Of a stretch of 64,000 bases of DNA, positions 47,074 through 57,033 are shown piece by piece. Every line of letters begins with the position of its first letter. The stretch's first letter is position 1. The translations under genes were made by a program, and so were the position numbers. The DNA is taken from positions 1-64,000 of the forward strand of contig CAVSQB010000013.1 in the NCBI GenBank assembly GCA_963729895.1, given 5' to 3'. Below the pieces are notes generated by a model, which had not been told where the DNA came from, did no database searches, and worked only from the letters and a program-made list of their open reading frames with translations. The stretch comes from an uncultured Fibrobacterota bacterium. GTDB taxonomy: Bacteria; Fibrobacterota; Chitinivibrionia; Chitinivibrionales; FEN-1185.

Positions 47074-49181
47074 GATTGCCCGGGCTCCTTTGTAAGAATT
47101 ATCCTTGCATCAACTACCACGGCGCCGTCTCCCTCCTGCCCCACTTTGAGCGGATTGATGTCGACCTCCTCGATCTCCGGGAAATCCATTACCAGTTGTG
47201 AAAGCCTCTGCAGGTTGAGCACTATGGCATCCACGTCGACCGGTTTTTCACCCCGGACGCCCTTGAGGAGGCGGTAGGTCTTGACGGATTCAATCATCGA
47301 CATGCATTCTTCCGCGGTGACCGGCGCGAGGCCGAACGTTACGTCCTTGAGCACTTCCACAAAGATGCCGCCCAGGCCGAACATAAGCATGGGCCCAAAC
47401 TGCACATCGCGCTTCATCCCCAGAATAACTTCCCTTCCTCCCATCGCCATCTTTTCGAGCAGCACTCCCCGTATCTCGGCGTCAGGCATTTTGCGTTTTA
47501 TCCGCAACATCATGAGTTCGAACGCATCTTCCACTGCGGAGGCGCTTGCCAAGCCGATGCGCACGCCGCCGACGTCGGATTTATGAAGTATGTCCGGGCT
47601 GGAAATCTTCATGGCAAGAGGAAACCCTGCTTCGTTTGCGAAGCGCACCGCCTCGCCGGCCGTGGTGGCAAGTATGCCACGCGGCACGTCGAAGTTGTAG
47701 GCCTTCATCACGGCCTTTGCGTCGAATTCCCCTATTTCGAACATCTTCCTGTACCGGTATGAACGCAGGATTTTGATGACCGGATTTCTGTTGACCGCGA
47801 ACCGTTCCACCATGCGGAGCTGCCGCACCTTGTAACGCGCGTAGGCAACCATTTCGTTCATTGTTTTTGCCGCGCGCTCCGGAATCGGATACTGCGGTAT
47901 CCGGTTCGCCTGGAGGATGGCCACGCCTTTTGAAATGATGTCTGCTCCCATAAAGCAAGTCAACACCGGCTTGTTGTATTTCCCGGTTACCCGGACAATT
48001 TCCTTGGCCGTTCCCACGTCATCGGTCATTTTCTGCGGAGTAAGTATGATCACGAGACCGTCGACGGATTCGCTCGCAAGCAGGATGTCGATGGCTTTGC
48101 CGTATGTTTCACCGCTTGCATCACCCAGCACGTCGACGGGGTTGTGCACCGAGGCGGCAGGCGGCAGCAGTTTCTGGAGCTTGGCGCTTGTATCGTCGTC
48201 GAGCTTTGCAACTTTGAGGCCGGCCATTTCGAGTGCATCCGACATCATGATGCCGGGGCCGCCGGCGTTGGTTACAATTGCGATCCGGTCGCCCGCGGGC
48301 AGGGGCTGGTACGCAAGCGCGGTTGACACATCGAAAAGATGCTCGATGGAATTGGCGCGTATGACGCCGGTTCGCTCAAAAGCGCTGTCGTATGCCGCGT
48401 CAGCGCCTGCGAGGCTGCCCGTATGCGACGACGCAGCGCGCGCGCCTGCCAGGGTGCGGCCTGCCTTGAGGATGACGATCGGCTTTTGTTTGCCCACGCG
48501 TTCGGCCACGCGCATGAAGTCCTGGCCGCGTGAGATGTCTTCGAGGTAGGCGGCAATTACTTTGGTGTTGTCATCGTTGCGCAGGGTCTCAATCAGTTGC
48601 ACCTCGTCAAGAGCTGCCTTGTTGCCCATCGAAACAAGCAGCGAAAATCCGATCCCGTTGTTGGCGGCAATATCCTGGATCGCGGTGATGAGAGCGCCCG
48701 ACTGCGAAATAAAGGCGATATGCCCCGGTTCTCCCATGGGCTGCCCGAACGATGCATTGAACCGGTGCACGGGGTTGATGAGGCCGAGACAGTTAGGCCC
48801 CAGCAGCGTAATGCCCGCTTGGCGGGCCATCTGGGAAATTTCGCGTTGAAGTTTTCTTCCTTCGTCACCCGTTTCACCGAACCCCGCGGTGATTATGATG
48901 ACTCCCTTTACCCCCTTGTCGATGGACTCCTTGAGAACCTGAATCACCTGCTCGCGTTTTACAACAATCACGGCACATTCAATTTCCCCCGCAATCTCGG
49001 CCAAGGTCTTATGGCACTTTAGTCCCAGGATCTCGTCGGATTTCGGATTTACCGGATAGATTGATCCGGGGAAATTGCCCGTAACGATGTTATTAAGTAC
49101 TGCATACCCTACTTTGTCCGGATTGGCGGAGGCCCCGATCACGGCCACCGATGCCGGAGAGAGTAACTTGTCGAAACTCAT
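47070..49181 (-). CDS. ADP-forming acyl/acetyl-CoA ligase (fused alpha-beta, ACD type)
   Basis: VAVIGAS, GPNCLG, SQSGA, SHTGSLAG, NPVD, HKSDVGGV, DINP. Confidence 0.92.
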   Translation of the reverse strand: MSFDKLLSPASVAVIGASANPDKVGYAVLNNIVTGNFPGSIYPVNPKSDEILGLKCHKTLAEIAGEIECAVIVVKREQVIQVLKESIDKGVKGVIIITAGFGETGDEGRKLQREISQMARQAGITLLGPNCLGLINPVHRFNASFGQPMGEPGHIAFISQSGALITAIQDIAANNGIGFSLLVSMGNKAALDEVQLIETLRNDDNTKVIAAYLEDISRGQDFMRVAERVGKQKPIVILKAGRTLAGARAASSHTGSLAGADAAYDSAFERTGVIRANSIEHLFDVSTALAYQPLPAGDRIAIVTNAGGPGIMMSDALEMAGLKVAKLDDDTSAKLQKLLPPAASVHNPVDVLGDASGETYGKAIDILLASESVDGLVIILTPQKMTDDVGTAKEIVRVTGKYNKPVLTCFMGADIISKGVAILQANRIPQYPIPERAAKTMNEMVAYARYKVRQLRMVERFAVNRNPVIKILRSYRYRKMFEIGEFDAKAVMKAYNFDVPRGILATTAGEAVRFANEAGFPLAMKISSPDILHKSDVGGVRIGLASASAVEDAFELMMLRIKRKMPDAEIRGVLLEKMAMGGREVILGMKRDVQFGPMLMFGLGGIFVEVLKDVTFGLAPVTAEECMSMIESVKTYRLLKGVRGEKPVDVDAIVLNLQRLSQLVMDFPEIEEVDINPLKVGQEGDGAVVVDARIILTKEPGQS

Positions 49182-49366
49182 TTTCCTCGTCCTTTTAACA
49201 TGCGATTTGGGTATATTTTATCATATTTGTCGATCATTTTCCCGACATTCCAGCTTTGGGAAACCGTAAAAAATACATTCTGCGCGGGTCTATTTTGTTT
49301 TTCTTGACTGTCCTGCGGGATGCCGCCACGCAAACCGTGTCGGTCAAAACCTATCCGTAAACTATC

Positions 49367-50503
49367 ATGGAACAGACACGCTACGCATACATTCATTCAA
49401 GCGAAATCGAAAAGTATCATTATCCCTCCTCGTGCCCATTCAAGACCGAACGGGCCGCTCTCACCAAAGCGATTCTCACGTCGAGTGGTTCCTATACCGG
49501 CGGCAACCGCGCCGAAGTTGCTCCGGTATCGCTCACCCATGACGAACTTACCCTGTTCCACACCCCTGAATACATTGAGCGGCTGCAACGGGTATCGGCC
49601 GGATCCTTCGAAGTTTCGGATCTGCATGCGGGCCTGGGCACTCAGGATACGCCGATATTCGCCGACCTCTTCACTTATGCGACTCTCGCGGCCGGAGGAA
49701 CCGTCACCGCCGCGCGCCTTGTTCTGGATTCCGGTTTCCGGGCGGCTTTTAATCCATCGGGCGGCTACCACCATGCATATGCCGATAGAGCCGGAGGTTT
49801 CTGCTATGTCAATGATGTCGCCATCGCAGGTTTCGTTCTCGCCAATGCGGGCAAGAAGGTGTTCTGCCTGGACCTCGATGTGCATCACGGAAACGGCACC
49901 CAGGCCGCGTTTTACAAGGACCCGCGGGTCTTTACCGTGTCGTTCCACGAAAGTGGAAAGACGCTTTTCCCCTGGGGCGGGTTCGAAAACGAAATCGGCG
50001 ACGGTGATGGCCTCGGTTTCAACGTCAACGTTCCCCTGCCTGCGGGCACCGACGACGCAATTTACTGCACGGCCTTCAAGGACATTGTTCCCCCGCTCCT
50101 GTCGGCATTCGCACCGGACGTTGTCGTTCTGGTACTCGGCATGGATGTGTTGTCGACCGACCCGCTGGCCCATCTTAAAATGACCAACAACGCCTTTGCG
50201 GATATTCTTCCCCTTGTCGCGCAACTCGGAGCGCCCATTGTGGCGGTGGGCGGCGGCGGCTACCACCCGGAAAACACGGCCAGGGGCTGGGCGCTTTTGT
50301 GGACCGTCCTGTGCGGTGTGGAGCCGGAATCCGACATGTCAATTGGGATGGGGGGCGTTTTTCTGGGAAATTCGGAATGGAACGCGGGACTGCGCGACAT
50401 GAGGATCTATGCAATGGGCGACGAGAAGGAGAATATCCTGCGGGAAGTAACGGCCACAGTTGAATATGTCAAGAAGACGGTATTCCCCCTTCACGGGATC
50501 TAA
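49367..50503 (+). CDS. Histone deacetylase family protein (AcuC-like)
   Basis: GGYHHA, GFCYVND, DLDVHHGNG, SFHE, NVPL, GGGGY. Confidence 0.92.
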   Translation: MEQTRYAYIHSSEIEKYHYPSSCPFKTERAALTKAILTSSGSYTGGNRAEVAPVSLTHDELTLFHTPEYIERLQRVSAGSFEVSDLHAGLGTQDTPIFADLFTYATLAAGGTVTAARLVLDSGFRAAFNPSGGYHHAYADRAGGFCYVNDVAIAGFVLANAGKKVFCLDLDVHHGNGTQAAFYKDPRVFTVSFHESGKTLFPWGGFENEIGDGDGLGFNVNVPLPAGTDDAIYCTAFKDIVPPLLSAFAPDVVVLVLGMDVLSTDPLAHLKMTNNAFADILPLVAQLGAPIVAVGGGGYHPENTARGWALLWTVLCGVEPESDMSIGMGGVFLGNSEWNAGLRDMRIYAMGDEKENILREVTATVEYVKKTVFPLHGI

Positions 50504-51991
50504 CGAGCCTGTAGAAAAACCCTGTTTTCAATAAAATCGGATTTCCCTTGTTCTCTGTCAAGTCAATTCGCGCTTTGTGCGGAAAGGTAAGAATGCAGGT
50601 TCAGAATTGTGGGGCGAGTGGCGTTTTTAGGTGAATCTGAGGCCTTGTGCGCCCTATAGTGAGGGACAAGCCGGCCCCCGGGCTCTTGCTAATGCCCATA
50701 GGAAGGCCCGAACCGGTAAATCTTGAAAATGTTGTGCACCATCGAGTACAGCTTCCATTGCGTATCGGCCTTTGTCCTGGTGCGCACGGTAATCCTATCG
50801 AGGCCGAGCGTCCGGCAGATGTTGGCGAACACCGGTTCCACCGTGCCCATTCGCCTGCTGTATATGTACCTGCCGAAGGCGGAGTCGAATTTCTCGATCA
50901 TCCGTTTGGTATAGGCCCCCGTTGATCGTGGGCCGGATTGATCGAACTTCACCACCTGTCTGCGCTCCGTATGGTCAAGCCGCAAACATTTCTTCCGAAT
51001 TTCACATGCAAGGCAGTCGGCTTTTCTCCCGGCATAGGCGATCCCGTGTTCGCCACGCGTCCCGACATAGTTCTTGTTCAACACGTAAAGCTTGTTGCCT
51101 GCAGGGCAGGTAAGCGTGCCGTCGGATTCATTCAGGATAAAATCACTTGGGGTAAAGTAGTGCTTTGACCGTACCGGCGTCTTGTTGCGGTCAATCGGAT
51201 TTTTGTGCCGGTCCGCATCCGCAAACTGCGGGTCGCGCTTGCGGAATTTATTGTCCGCAACGTACCCGTCCACTCCTTCTTCCGCAAGCATCTGCATGTT
51301 CGCTTCGCTATGAAAACCGCTGTCCGCAGTCACTTTCGCCTGAGTAAAAATGTCGGGCTCGCCTATGGCCTCAAAGTTCTCCCGCACACCGTCGATCATC
51401 GGCTTCAAAAGCGCGTTGTCCGTCCCCTCGCTGAATGCCTCGGCATGAACGATCACCTGGCGCTTTTCATCAACCGCCGCGGCGCCGTTGTAGCCCTGGA
51501 TCACGCCGTGTGAGCTCGGCATCTTCGCGCTCTCGTTGTCCGTGATGTTGCTCTTCTTCGCCTGTCCCTTAGCCCCGCGCTTATCCTCGTTTTTCCGCAT
51601 CCAACGGTTGATCTTGCGCACCTTCGAACGAAGGTGGTTGATCGCCTTCCGTTCCTTCTTCCGTATGTCCTCGCCAAGTTCACGCTCATCGCACTCGCGG
51701 TGCTTGCGCAAAAGAAAACGAACCTGGTACTCTATCTTCTTCTTCCGCTTCTCGAAATCCTCGAGTGTGCCGCTCCACTCCTTGGCGCAGTTCGAAGACA
51801 TCTTGCAGCCATCGATCGCAAACATTTGCCGGCTGATCAATCCCTCCTCCGCGCAATACAACAGGATGTCTCGGAACAGCGGCGTGATCTCCACATGCAT
51901 CGACGAAATAAAATGTGCAATCGTCGTAAAATGCGGCTTCGTATCGGCCGAGAGTGCCATGAACATCACGTTCTCCTCGCAGCAGCGCTGG

Positions 51992-52849
51992 CTATACCCC
52001 AATTACTTTCTCAGTCGAAATGGGAGTTTTCTCTTTGAATTGACCTCTGTATTCTTCAGGTGTTTTCCCCTTTAGTGATCCGTGTGGCCGTATCCGGTTG
52101 TAAATGTTCTTCCAATGTTCGATTATTCTTTCTGCGTCCTCTAATGAGATGAACCAGTTTTCATTCAAGCATTGGTCCCTGAATATCGAATTGAATGATT
52201 CTACAAAAGCATTCTGGCTGGGCTTGCCGGGCTGAATGAATTCCTGCCTTACCTGGTTTCGTATTGCCCAGAGCATGAGTTCTTTGCTCCGGAATTCCGG
52301 GCCGTTATCAGTCAACAGAGCTTCCGGCTTTCCGTACCTGGCCACCAGGTGGTCTAGAACTTGGCAGACTCCTAGTGCTGGAATAGAACGTGCTACCTTG
52401 ATTGCAAGAGCCTCACGGGTGCAGTCATCGACAACATTCAGGCATTTCAGCTTGCGCTTGTCGGAAGTACTGTCGAATATGAAATCCATTGACCAGCGAC
52501 GGCTTGGCCGATCCGGCAGCGTCAACGGCATCCGTTGGCTATTGCGTTTCTGACGCCTCCTCCGCTTGCTTTTCTGAAGCGATTCTTCCTTGTAGAGCCG
52601 ATGCACACGTTTGTGATTTACTATGTACCCAAGGTTGCGGAGATACCAATAAAGCGTCGGAAAGCCCCATGAACGGAACGATGAAATGGTTTCATGCATT
52701 TTTGTTTTCAACTCGCTGTTCAAAGCCGATTCCTGCGGTCGATAGCGGTACCCTGCCGGTGTCATACCCAGAAGTCCGCATGCTTTCCGTTGACTCAGGC
52801 CTTGCCGCATTAGTGCGTCCACAGTCAGCCTACGCTGAGGACGCTTCAC
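51992..52849 (-). CDS. IS3 transposase OrfB (integrase core)
   Basis: NHKRVHRLY, WSMDF, TDNGPEF, PGKPSQNAFVESFN, YN..RPH. Confidence 0.92.
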   Translation of the reverse strand: MKRPQRRLTVDALMRQGLSQRKACGLLGMTPAGYRYRPQESALNSELKTKMHETISSFRSWGFPTLYWYLRNLGYIVNHKRVHRLYKEESLQKSKRRRRQKRNSQRMPLTLPDRPSRRWSMDFIFDSTSDKRKLKCLNVVDDCTREALAIKVARSIPALGVCQVLDHLVARYGKPEALLTDNGPEFRSKELMLWAIRNQVRQEFIQPGKPSQNAFVESFNSIFRDQCLNENWFISLEDAERIIEHWKNIYNRIRPHGSLKGKTPEEYRGQFKEKTPISTEKVIGV

Positions 52850-53112
52850 TATTTTCTTTGCAGCACTTCCTTCATTGCATCGATCTGAAGTGCCTGGTCT
52901 GCAACAATCCGCTTGAGCCGGCTGTTTTCGCCCTCGATCTCCTTCATCCTTTTCAGATCAGAGAGCTCAAGTCCGCTGTATTTGCTCTTCCAACGGAAGT
53001 ACGTGTTCTCTGAAATACCATATTGACGACAAAGATCAGCGACTTTGGCTCCGCGGTCGCCCTCTTGCAGGATCCGAAAAATCTGCTCTTCACTGTAGCG
53101 CTTGCCTTTCAT
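52849..53112 (-). CDS. IS3 transposase OrfA
   Basis: RYSEEQI...LCRQYGISENTYFRWKSKY...ENSRLK; stop overlaps the OrfB GTG (TAGTG), -1 phase. Confidence 0.92.
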   Translation of the reverse strand: MKGKRYSEEQIFRILQEGDRGAKVADLCRQYGISENTYFRWKSKYSGLELSDLKRMKEIEGENSRLKRIVADQALQIDAMKEVLQRK

Positions 53113-53586
53113 GAGTCCTCCTAGTTAGTTTAAAATAACTCGGAAAACTCCCTTCTCAAATGAGCAAGTTTTCGGGGGTATAGCCAGCGCGCTATGTCCC
53201 GGCTGTGCATGATGCCCCGGGAATACGCGTAGAGAACAATCTTCAGCATCACGCGCGGGTCGTACGCGGGCGCACCGGTCTCGTCGTTGGTAAACCGGCC
53301 CTCGAAAACAGAAAGGTCCAGCACATTATCCACGATCTCGCTCAACGCGAACTCGAAACTGCCCGGAATGATCTGCTCGCGAAACGTGATGGGGATAAGC
53401 TTGCCTTGTTCGTAGGAATACTCTTTGTAGCGGGCCATCGGCCTTCCTTCCTGCTGAGTTTACAAATAATATAAGGAAAAAAGACCGGAATTTCAGGTAA
53501 AAGTGGCGGGAAAGGGACTTTTTCTACAGGCTCAACGGAACGCTATCCGCCTCTTTCTGAGGCCCGCAACCATGCCCGCGAACTTC

Positions 53587-54198
53587 CTATGGGCGCCCAA
53601 AAAGAAACTCGCGCTCGCCGTTGGTGCACAGATATGAAGTTCGCTGCTCCAGCGGCCGCATCACGATCTCGATATCGCGGTTAGACCGGTGAAAGTACGC
53701 CAACTCCTTTGCACGAATTTCCTGAAGTTGCACCGTTGTGCCGCGGACAACCCGTGCGATATGCAAATACGGCTGCGGCGTGGACGACGGACCGGCCATC
53801 ATGACGAGCAGGCCGTTTGGCTTCAACATGGCACACCACGTTTTCACAAGGTCTGTCAGCAACCATGTTTCGAGGTGATCCGGAATGTCCCATACGTTGA
53901 TACCGTCGAACCGACAATCGCGGTAGTCAATTATTGCGAGGGCTCTCTCCAGCTCCTGCCCAGGCACTTGCATCTTATTAGTCAATCGTAGCACAAAATC
54001 GCATACGCTCAATTTTGCGCCAAGGCTGAGAAAAACCGAAATGTTATTGCCCGATATCGGACCGATATCGAGAATCTCCGGTCTTTCACACTTGGCAAGA
54101 TGCGCAAAATATCGCTGCAACATTCTGCTTTCGTATTCGCCTGCTTCCCGTTCATTACTTCCGCGAGGGGCGCGGTTCTCAACGGCGCTCAAATGCAT
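53587..54198 (-). CDS. Class I SAM-methyltransferase-like protein
   Basis: ILDIGP, FDGINVWD, LKPNGLL motifs. Confidence 0.7.
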   Translation of the reverse strand: MHLSAVENRAPRGSNEREAGEYESRMLQRYFAHLAKCERPEILDIGPISGNNISVFLSLGAKLSVCDFVLRLTNKMQVPGQELERALAIIDYRDCRFDGINVWDIPDHLETWLLTDLVKTWCAMLKPNGLLVMMAGPSSTPQPYLHIARVVRGTTVQLQEIRAKELAYFHRSNRDIEIVMRPLEQRTSYLCTNGEREFLFGRP

Positions 54199-54203
54199 TT
54201 GGA

Positions 54204-54719
54204 CTATACCGGAGGCATCGACGGCGGCTCATCGCCTTCCGGTGTCCCTTGGGCGTCAGCAGGTTGCTCGGCAATGGTCTGCTCGGAGGCCAGGGCCTTT
54301 TTGGGCTCCTCTTTTTCCAGCTCAATGGTTGCCTTGATAAAGGCCCCGTCTTCAATTGCAATGCGCTTTGCAGTGATCAGACCCGTAAAATCAGCCTCTT
54401 TGTTGATCTGCACCTTGTTACGCGCGATGATGTTGCCTGCCATCATGCCGCTAATTATCACGTCTTGGGCATCCACATCAGCTTCGATATGTCCTTTGAG
54501 TCCGATGGTTATACAATGCGATTTGGTCTCGATGGTCCCCTTCATCCGACCTTCAATAATGATGTCCTCATCGGCAAGCACGGTCCCTTCGATTGAAATG
54601 TGTTCCCCAATGACCGTTTCCTCCGATGATCTCGACGTGGCACCGGCGTTTGAGCTCTCATGAACGTGCCTGAAGTCGCTGCCGGTATCTTTCTCCTCAC
54701 GATTTCCCATTTTAAGCAT
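54204..54719 (-). CDS. Bactofilin (polymer-forming cytoskeletal protein)
   Basis: TVIGEHISIEGTV...IEG..KGTI...IAIEDGAFIKA beta-helix; RBS GGAAAGG before ATG 54719. Confidence 0.88.
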   Translation of the reverse strand: MLKMGNREEKDTGSDFRHVHESSNAGATSRSSEETVIGEHISIEGTVLADEDIIIEGRMKGTIETKSHCITIGLKGHIEADVDAQDVIISGMMAGNIIARNKVQINKEADFTGLITAKRIAIEDGAFIKATIELEKEEPKKALASEQTIAEQPADAQGTPEGDEPPSMPPV

Positions 54720-54908
54720 TTGCAGTTCCTTTCCGCTGACAGTTGGTTCCTGTAAAACGACGGCCGTGTTGCCCTCGTGGCCTCGCCCGCGGACTATTTC
54801 CTGCCGCAAACGGGTCACAAGGTTTTTCATCCAGATAGTAGATCGTTCCGCCTTCGTCAATTTGCTTCACCTTTCTTAACCATATTTCTATTAATCAACC
54901 AGAATCGT

Positions 54909-55949
54909 TCAAGTTTTGCTTTGTCCGCCTGCCTGTCGCGAATCCGGATTCTGCCGGTCGACCATCCAACCAAGATATTCGGGCGGCAACGCGCTCGCTT
55001 CGTCGAGCAATTTGACATGCTCGGGATCAAGTTGGACATCGGTTGACGCAAGATTATCGTCGAGCTGCTCGCGGGTCCTTGCACCGATTATGACGCTGGT
55101 AACGAACCGGCGACTTAGAAGCCACGCGAGCGCGACGCGTGCCACCGATATGCCAACGGCTTGTGCTACGGTTCGCATCGTCCTTATCACGGTCGCCGCT
55201 CGAAGCCGGTCAACGGGCGGAAAATCGAAGGCGCTGCGCCTGCTGCCCGCGGGTCCGGGTTGCTCCAGGTCGAACTTTCCGGACAACAAGCCTCCGGCAA
55301 GCGGGCTCCACGGAAACAAAGCGAGACGTTGGTCTAAAGCAAGAGGCACGACCTCGCGTTCGATGTCTCGTCCCGCAATGGAGTAATACATTTGTGCGCT
55401 TTGAAAACGGGCCAAACCGTTGGCGTCGGCAAAAGCGAGCGCCTTCATGGCTTGCCAAGCAGGAAGATTGCAATAGCCGATGTAACGCGCCTTGCCCGAA
55501 CGGACCACCTCGTCCAACGCTTGAACCGTTTCCTCGATGGGCGTGTCCAGATCAACGCCGTGGATCTGGTACAGGTCTACATAGTCCAGCCCCAAACGTC
55601 TCAAACTGGCCTCTATCGACGAATGAATATGTTTTCGCGATAATCCGACCTGGTTGACGCCCGGCCCCGTGCGACCGCGCACTTTTGTTGCAATGATAAG
55701 GTCTTCGCGCGGCCGGGAAAGCGTTACAAGAGTTTCACCTAAAATACGCTCCGCTTCACCCTCGGAATATACGTCGGCAGTATCAATAAAGTTGACACCC
55801 GCGTCGATTGAGGCCCCGACGAGCTTCCCGGCCTCCGAGCCGGTAACCGTGCCTATGGTTTGCCAAAATCCCTTGCCGCCGAATGTCATGGTGCCGAGGC
55901 ACAATTCAGATACCTGCAGGCCGGTTCCGCCAAAAGGACGATAACGCAC
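54909..55949 (-). CDS. Aldo/keto reductase
   Basis: LCLGTMTFG, IDTADVYSEG, IATK, DLYQIH, PWSPLAGGLL; GTG start 55949. Confidence 0.93.
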   Translation of the reverse strand: MRYRPFGGTGLQVSELCLGTMTFGGKGFWQTIGTVTGSEAGKLVGASIDAGVNFIDTADVYSEGEAERILGETLVTLSRPREDLIIATKVRGRTGPGVNQVGLSRKHIHSSIEASLRRLGLDYVDLYQIHGVDLDTPIEETVQALDEVVRSGKARYIGYCNLPAWQAMKALAFADANGLARFQSAQMYYSIAGRDIEREVVPLALDQRLALFPWSPLAGGLLSGKFDLEQPGPAGSRRSAFDFPPVDRLRAATVIRTMRTVAQAVGISVARVALAWLLSRRFVTSVIIGARTREQLDDNLASTDVQLDPEHVKLLDEASALPPEYLGWMVDRQNPDSRQAGGQSKT

Positions 55950-56415
55950 GAGCAGCCCCTTTCGCAATGAAACTGATTTCAAGAGCAGGCGAATGGTGAT
56001 GATGGCTGATCAAAAATCGAGCCAGCACAGATCCTGGGAAAAGGTTCGTTTTCTTATCGTGCGCAAGGGCCATTACCCCACGAATTCTTAATTTTGAAAA
56101 GAAATTCCGAAAGTGATAATCTTGTGCAAACAGGGAATGAAGGGGGCGGGTCCCGGCACCGAACTCATCTTTTCGAGCTAAGACACGCACACGAATTGGC
56201 AGCGGCATATTTGCAGCCTACTCGTCCACGACGGCAGGACCCGTTTTATGAATGCCTATCGATAATGCGCTCGATTGTACTCACGCCTGATCCAATCAAA
56301 GCGTCAGCCGAATTGCTTTGGCCGCTTGGGAGGTAGGGCACGTCACTCATCTTTCCAAAGAGTCCTTGCCCGACCTCCTTGCGTAAACGGGTCTCCCTTG
56401 TCACGGCATTACCGG

Positions 56416-57006
56416 CTACTTATTCGCCGGCCCAAGCGGAAGCACAGTTTTGCCGTAAATCTCGTTGAGCACCTGCGCAATGCCGGCATACATGGCCGAA
56501 AGCCCGCAGAAAATCCCTTCGTATCCCGCGAAGGTCTTGACCGCAACGCTTCCTGTGCCATGATCAATGGCAAGCAGAAAGAACAGGATTGTAAGGGACC
56601 CGAATACAACCTGGAGGGCCTTGTTGATTTTGAGCGTCCCGACAAAGAGAAGCAGGGTGAAGATACCCCACATTGTCAAGTAACAAACCATACCCTTGTC
56701 GGAGGTCTTGTCGATCCATCCGAGCTTCGGTAAGACGATCAGCGCAACAAGCGTTAACCAGAACGCTCCGTACGACGTAAAAGCAAGTGTGCCAAAGGTG
56801 TTCTTTTTTTTCCACTCCATAATCCCCGCAATAAGCTGGGCCATTCCACCATAAAAAATCCCCATGGCCAGTATCATCGAACCAAGCTCGATGATACCTG
56901 CATTGCAAATATTGAGAAGTACGGTGGTCATGCCGAAACCGAACAACCCGAGCGGCGCCGGATTGGCGGTTGTGTCCTTGATTTCGAAAGGCGCGTTTTC
57001 GTTCAT
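56416..57006 (-). CDS. satP: Acetate uptake transporter (GPR1/FUN34/YaaH family)
   Basis: [35 protein letters not shown]. Confidence 0.93.
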   Translation of the reverse strand: MNENAPFEIKDTTANPAPLGLFGFGMTTVLLNICNAGIIELGSMILAMGIFYGGMAQLIAGIMEWKKKNTFGTLAFTSYGAFWLTLVALIVLPKLGWIDKTSDKGMVCYLTMWGIFTLLLFVGTLKINKALQVVFGSLTILFFLLAIDHGTGSVAVKTFAGYEGIFCGLSAMYAGIAQVLNEIYGKTVLPLGPANK

Positions 57007-57033
57007 TTCTTCCTCCTCGGTCTGAAATAATTG

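Larger units (their letters stand above)
51989..53186 (-). mobile_element. IS3-family element (IS407-like)
   Basis: TG...CA ends with IR TGGCTATACCCC; 4-bp TSD GCGC at 51985-51988 and 53187-53190. Confidence 0.92.
50689..53438 (-). pseudogene. IS1182 transposase split by IS3 (N-term 53187-53438, C-term 50689-51988)
   Basis: GAPAYDPRVMLKIVLYAYS...SRDIAR rejoins CCEENVMF in frame; AIDG, TDNES, ADSGF, RMGTVEPVF. Confidence 0.9.
50505..53533 (-). mobile_element. IS1182-family element disrupted by a nested IS3
   Basis: Perfect 15-bp IR GAGCCTGTAGAAAAA at both ends, AAC on both flanks; inserted right after the HDAC stop. Confidence 0.88.

Noticed and set aside
47070..49181. Protein acetyltransferase Pat/YfiQ
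   Set aside because: No GNAT on this chain and the catalytic histidines are retained, so it is called an ADP-forming ligase
56325..56380. Hairpin downstream of satP as a riboswitch or REP
   Set aside because: Single copy with no recognisable riboswitch motif; most likely a terminator-like stem
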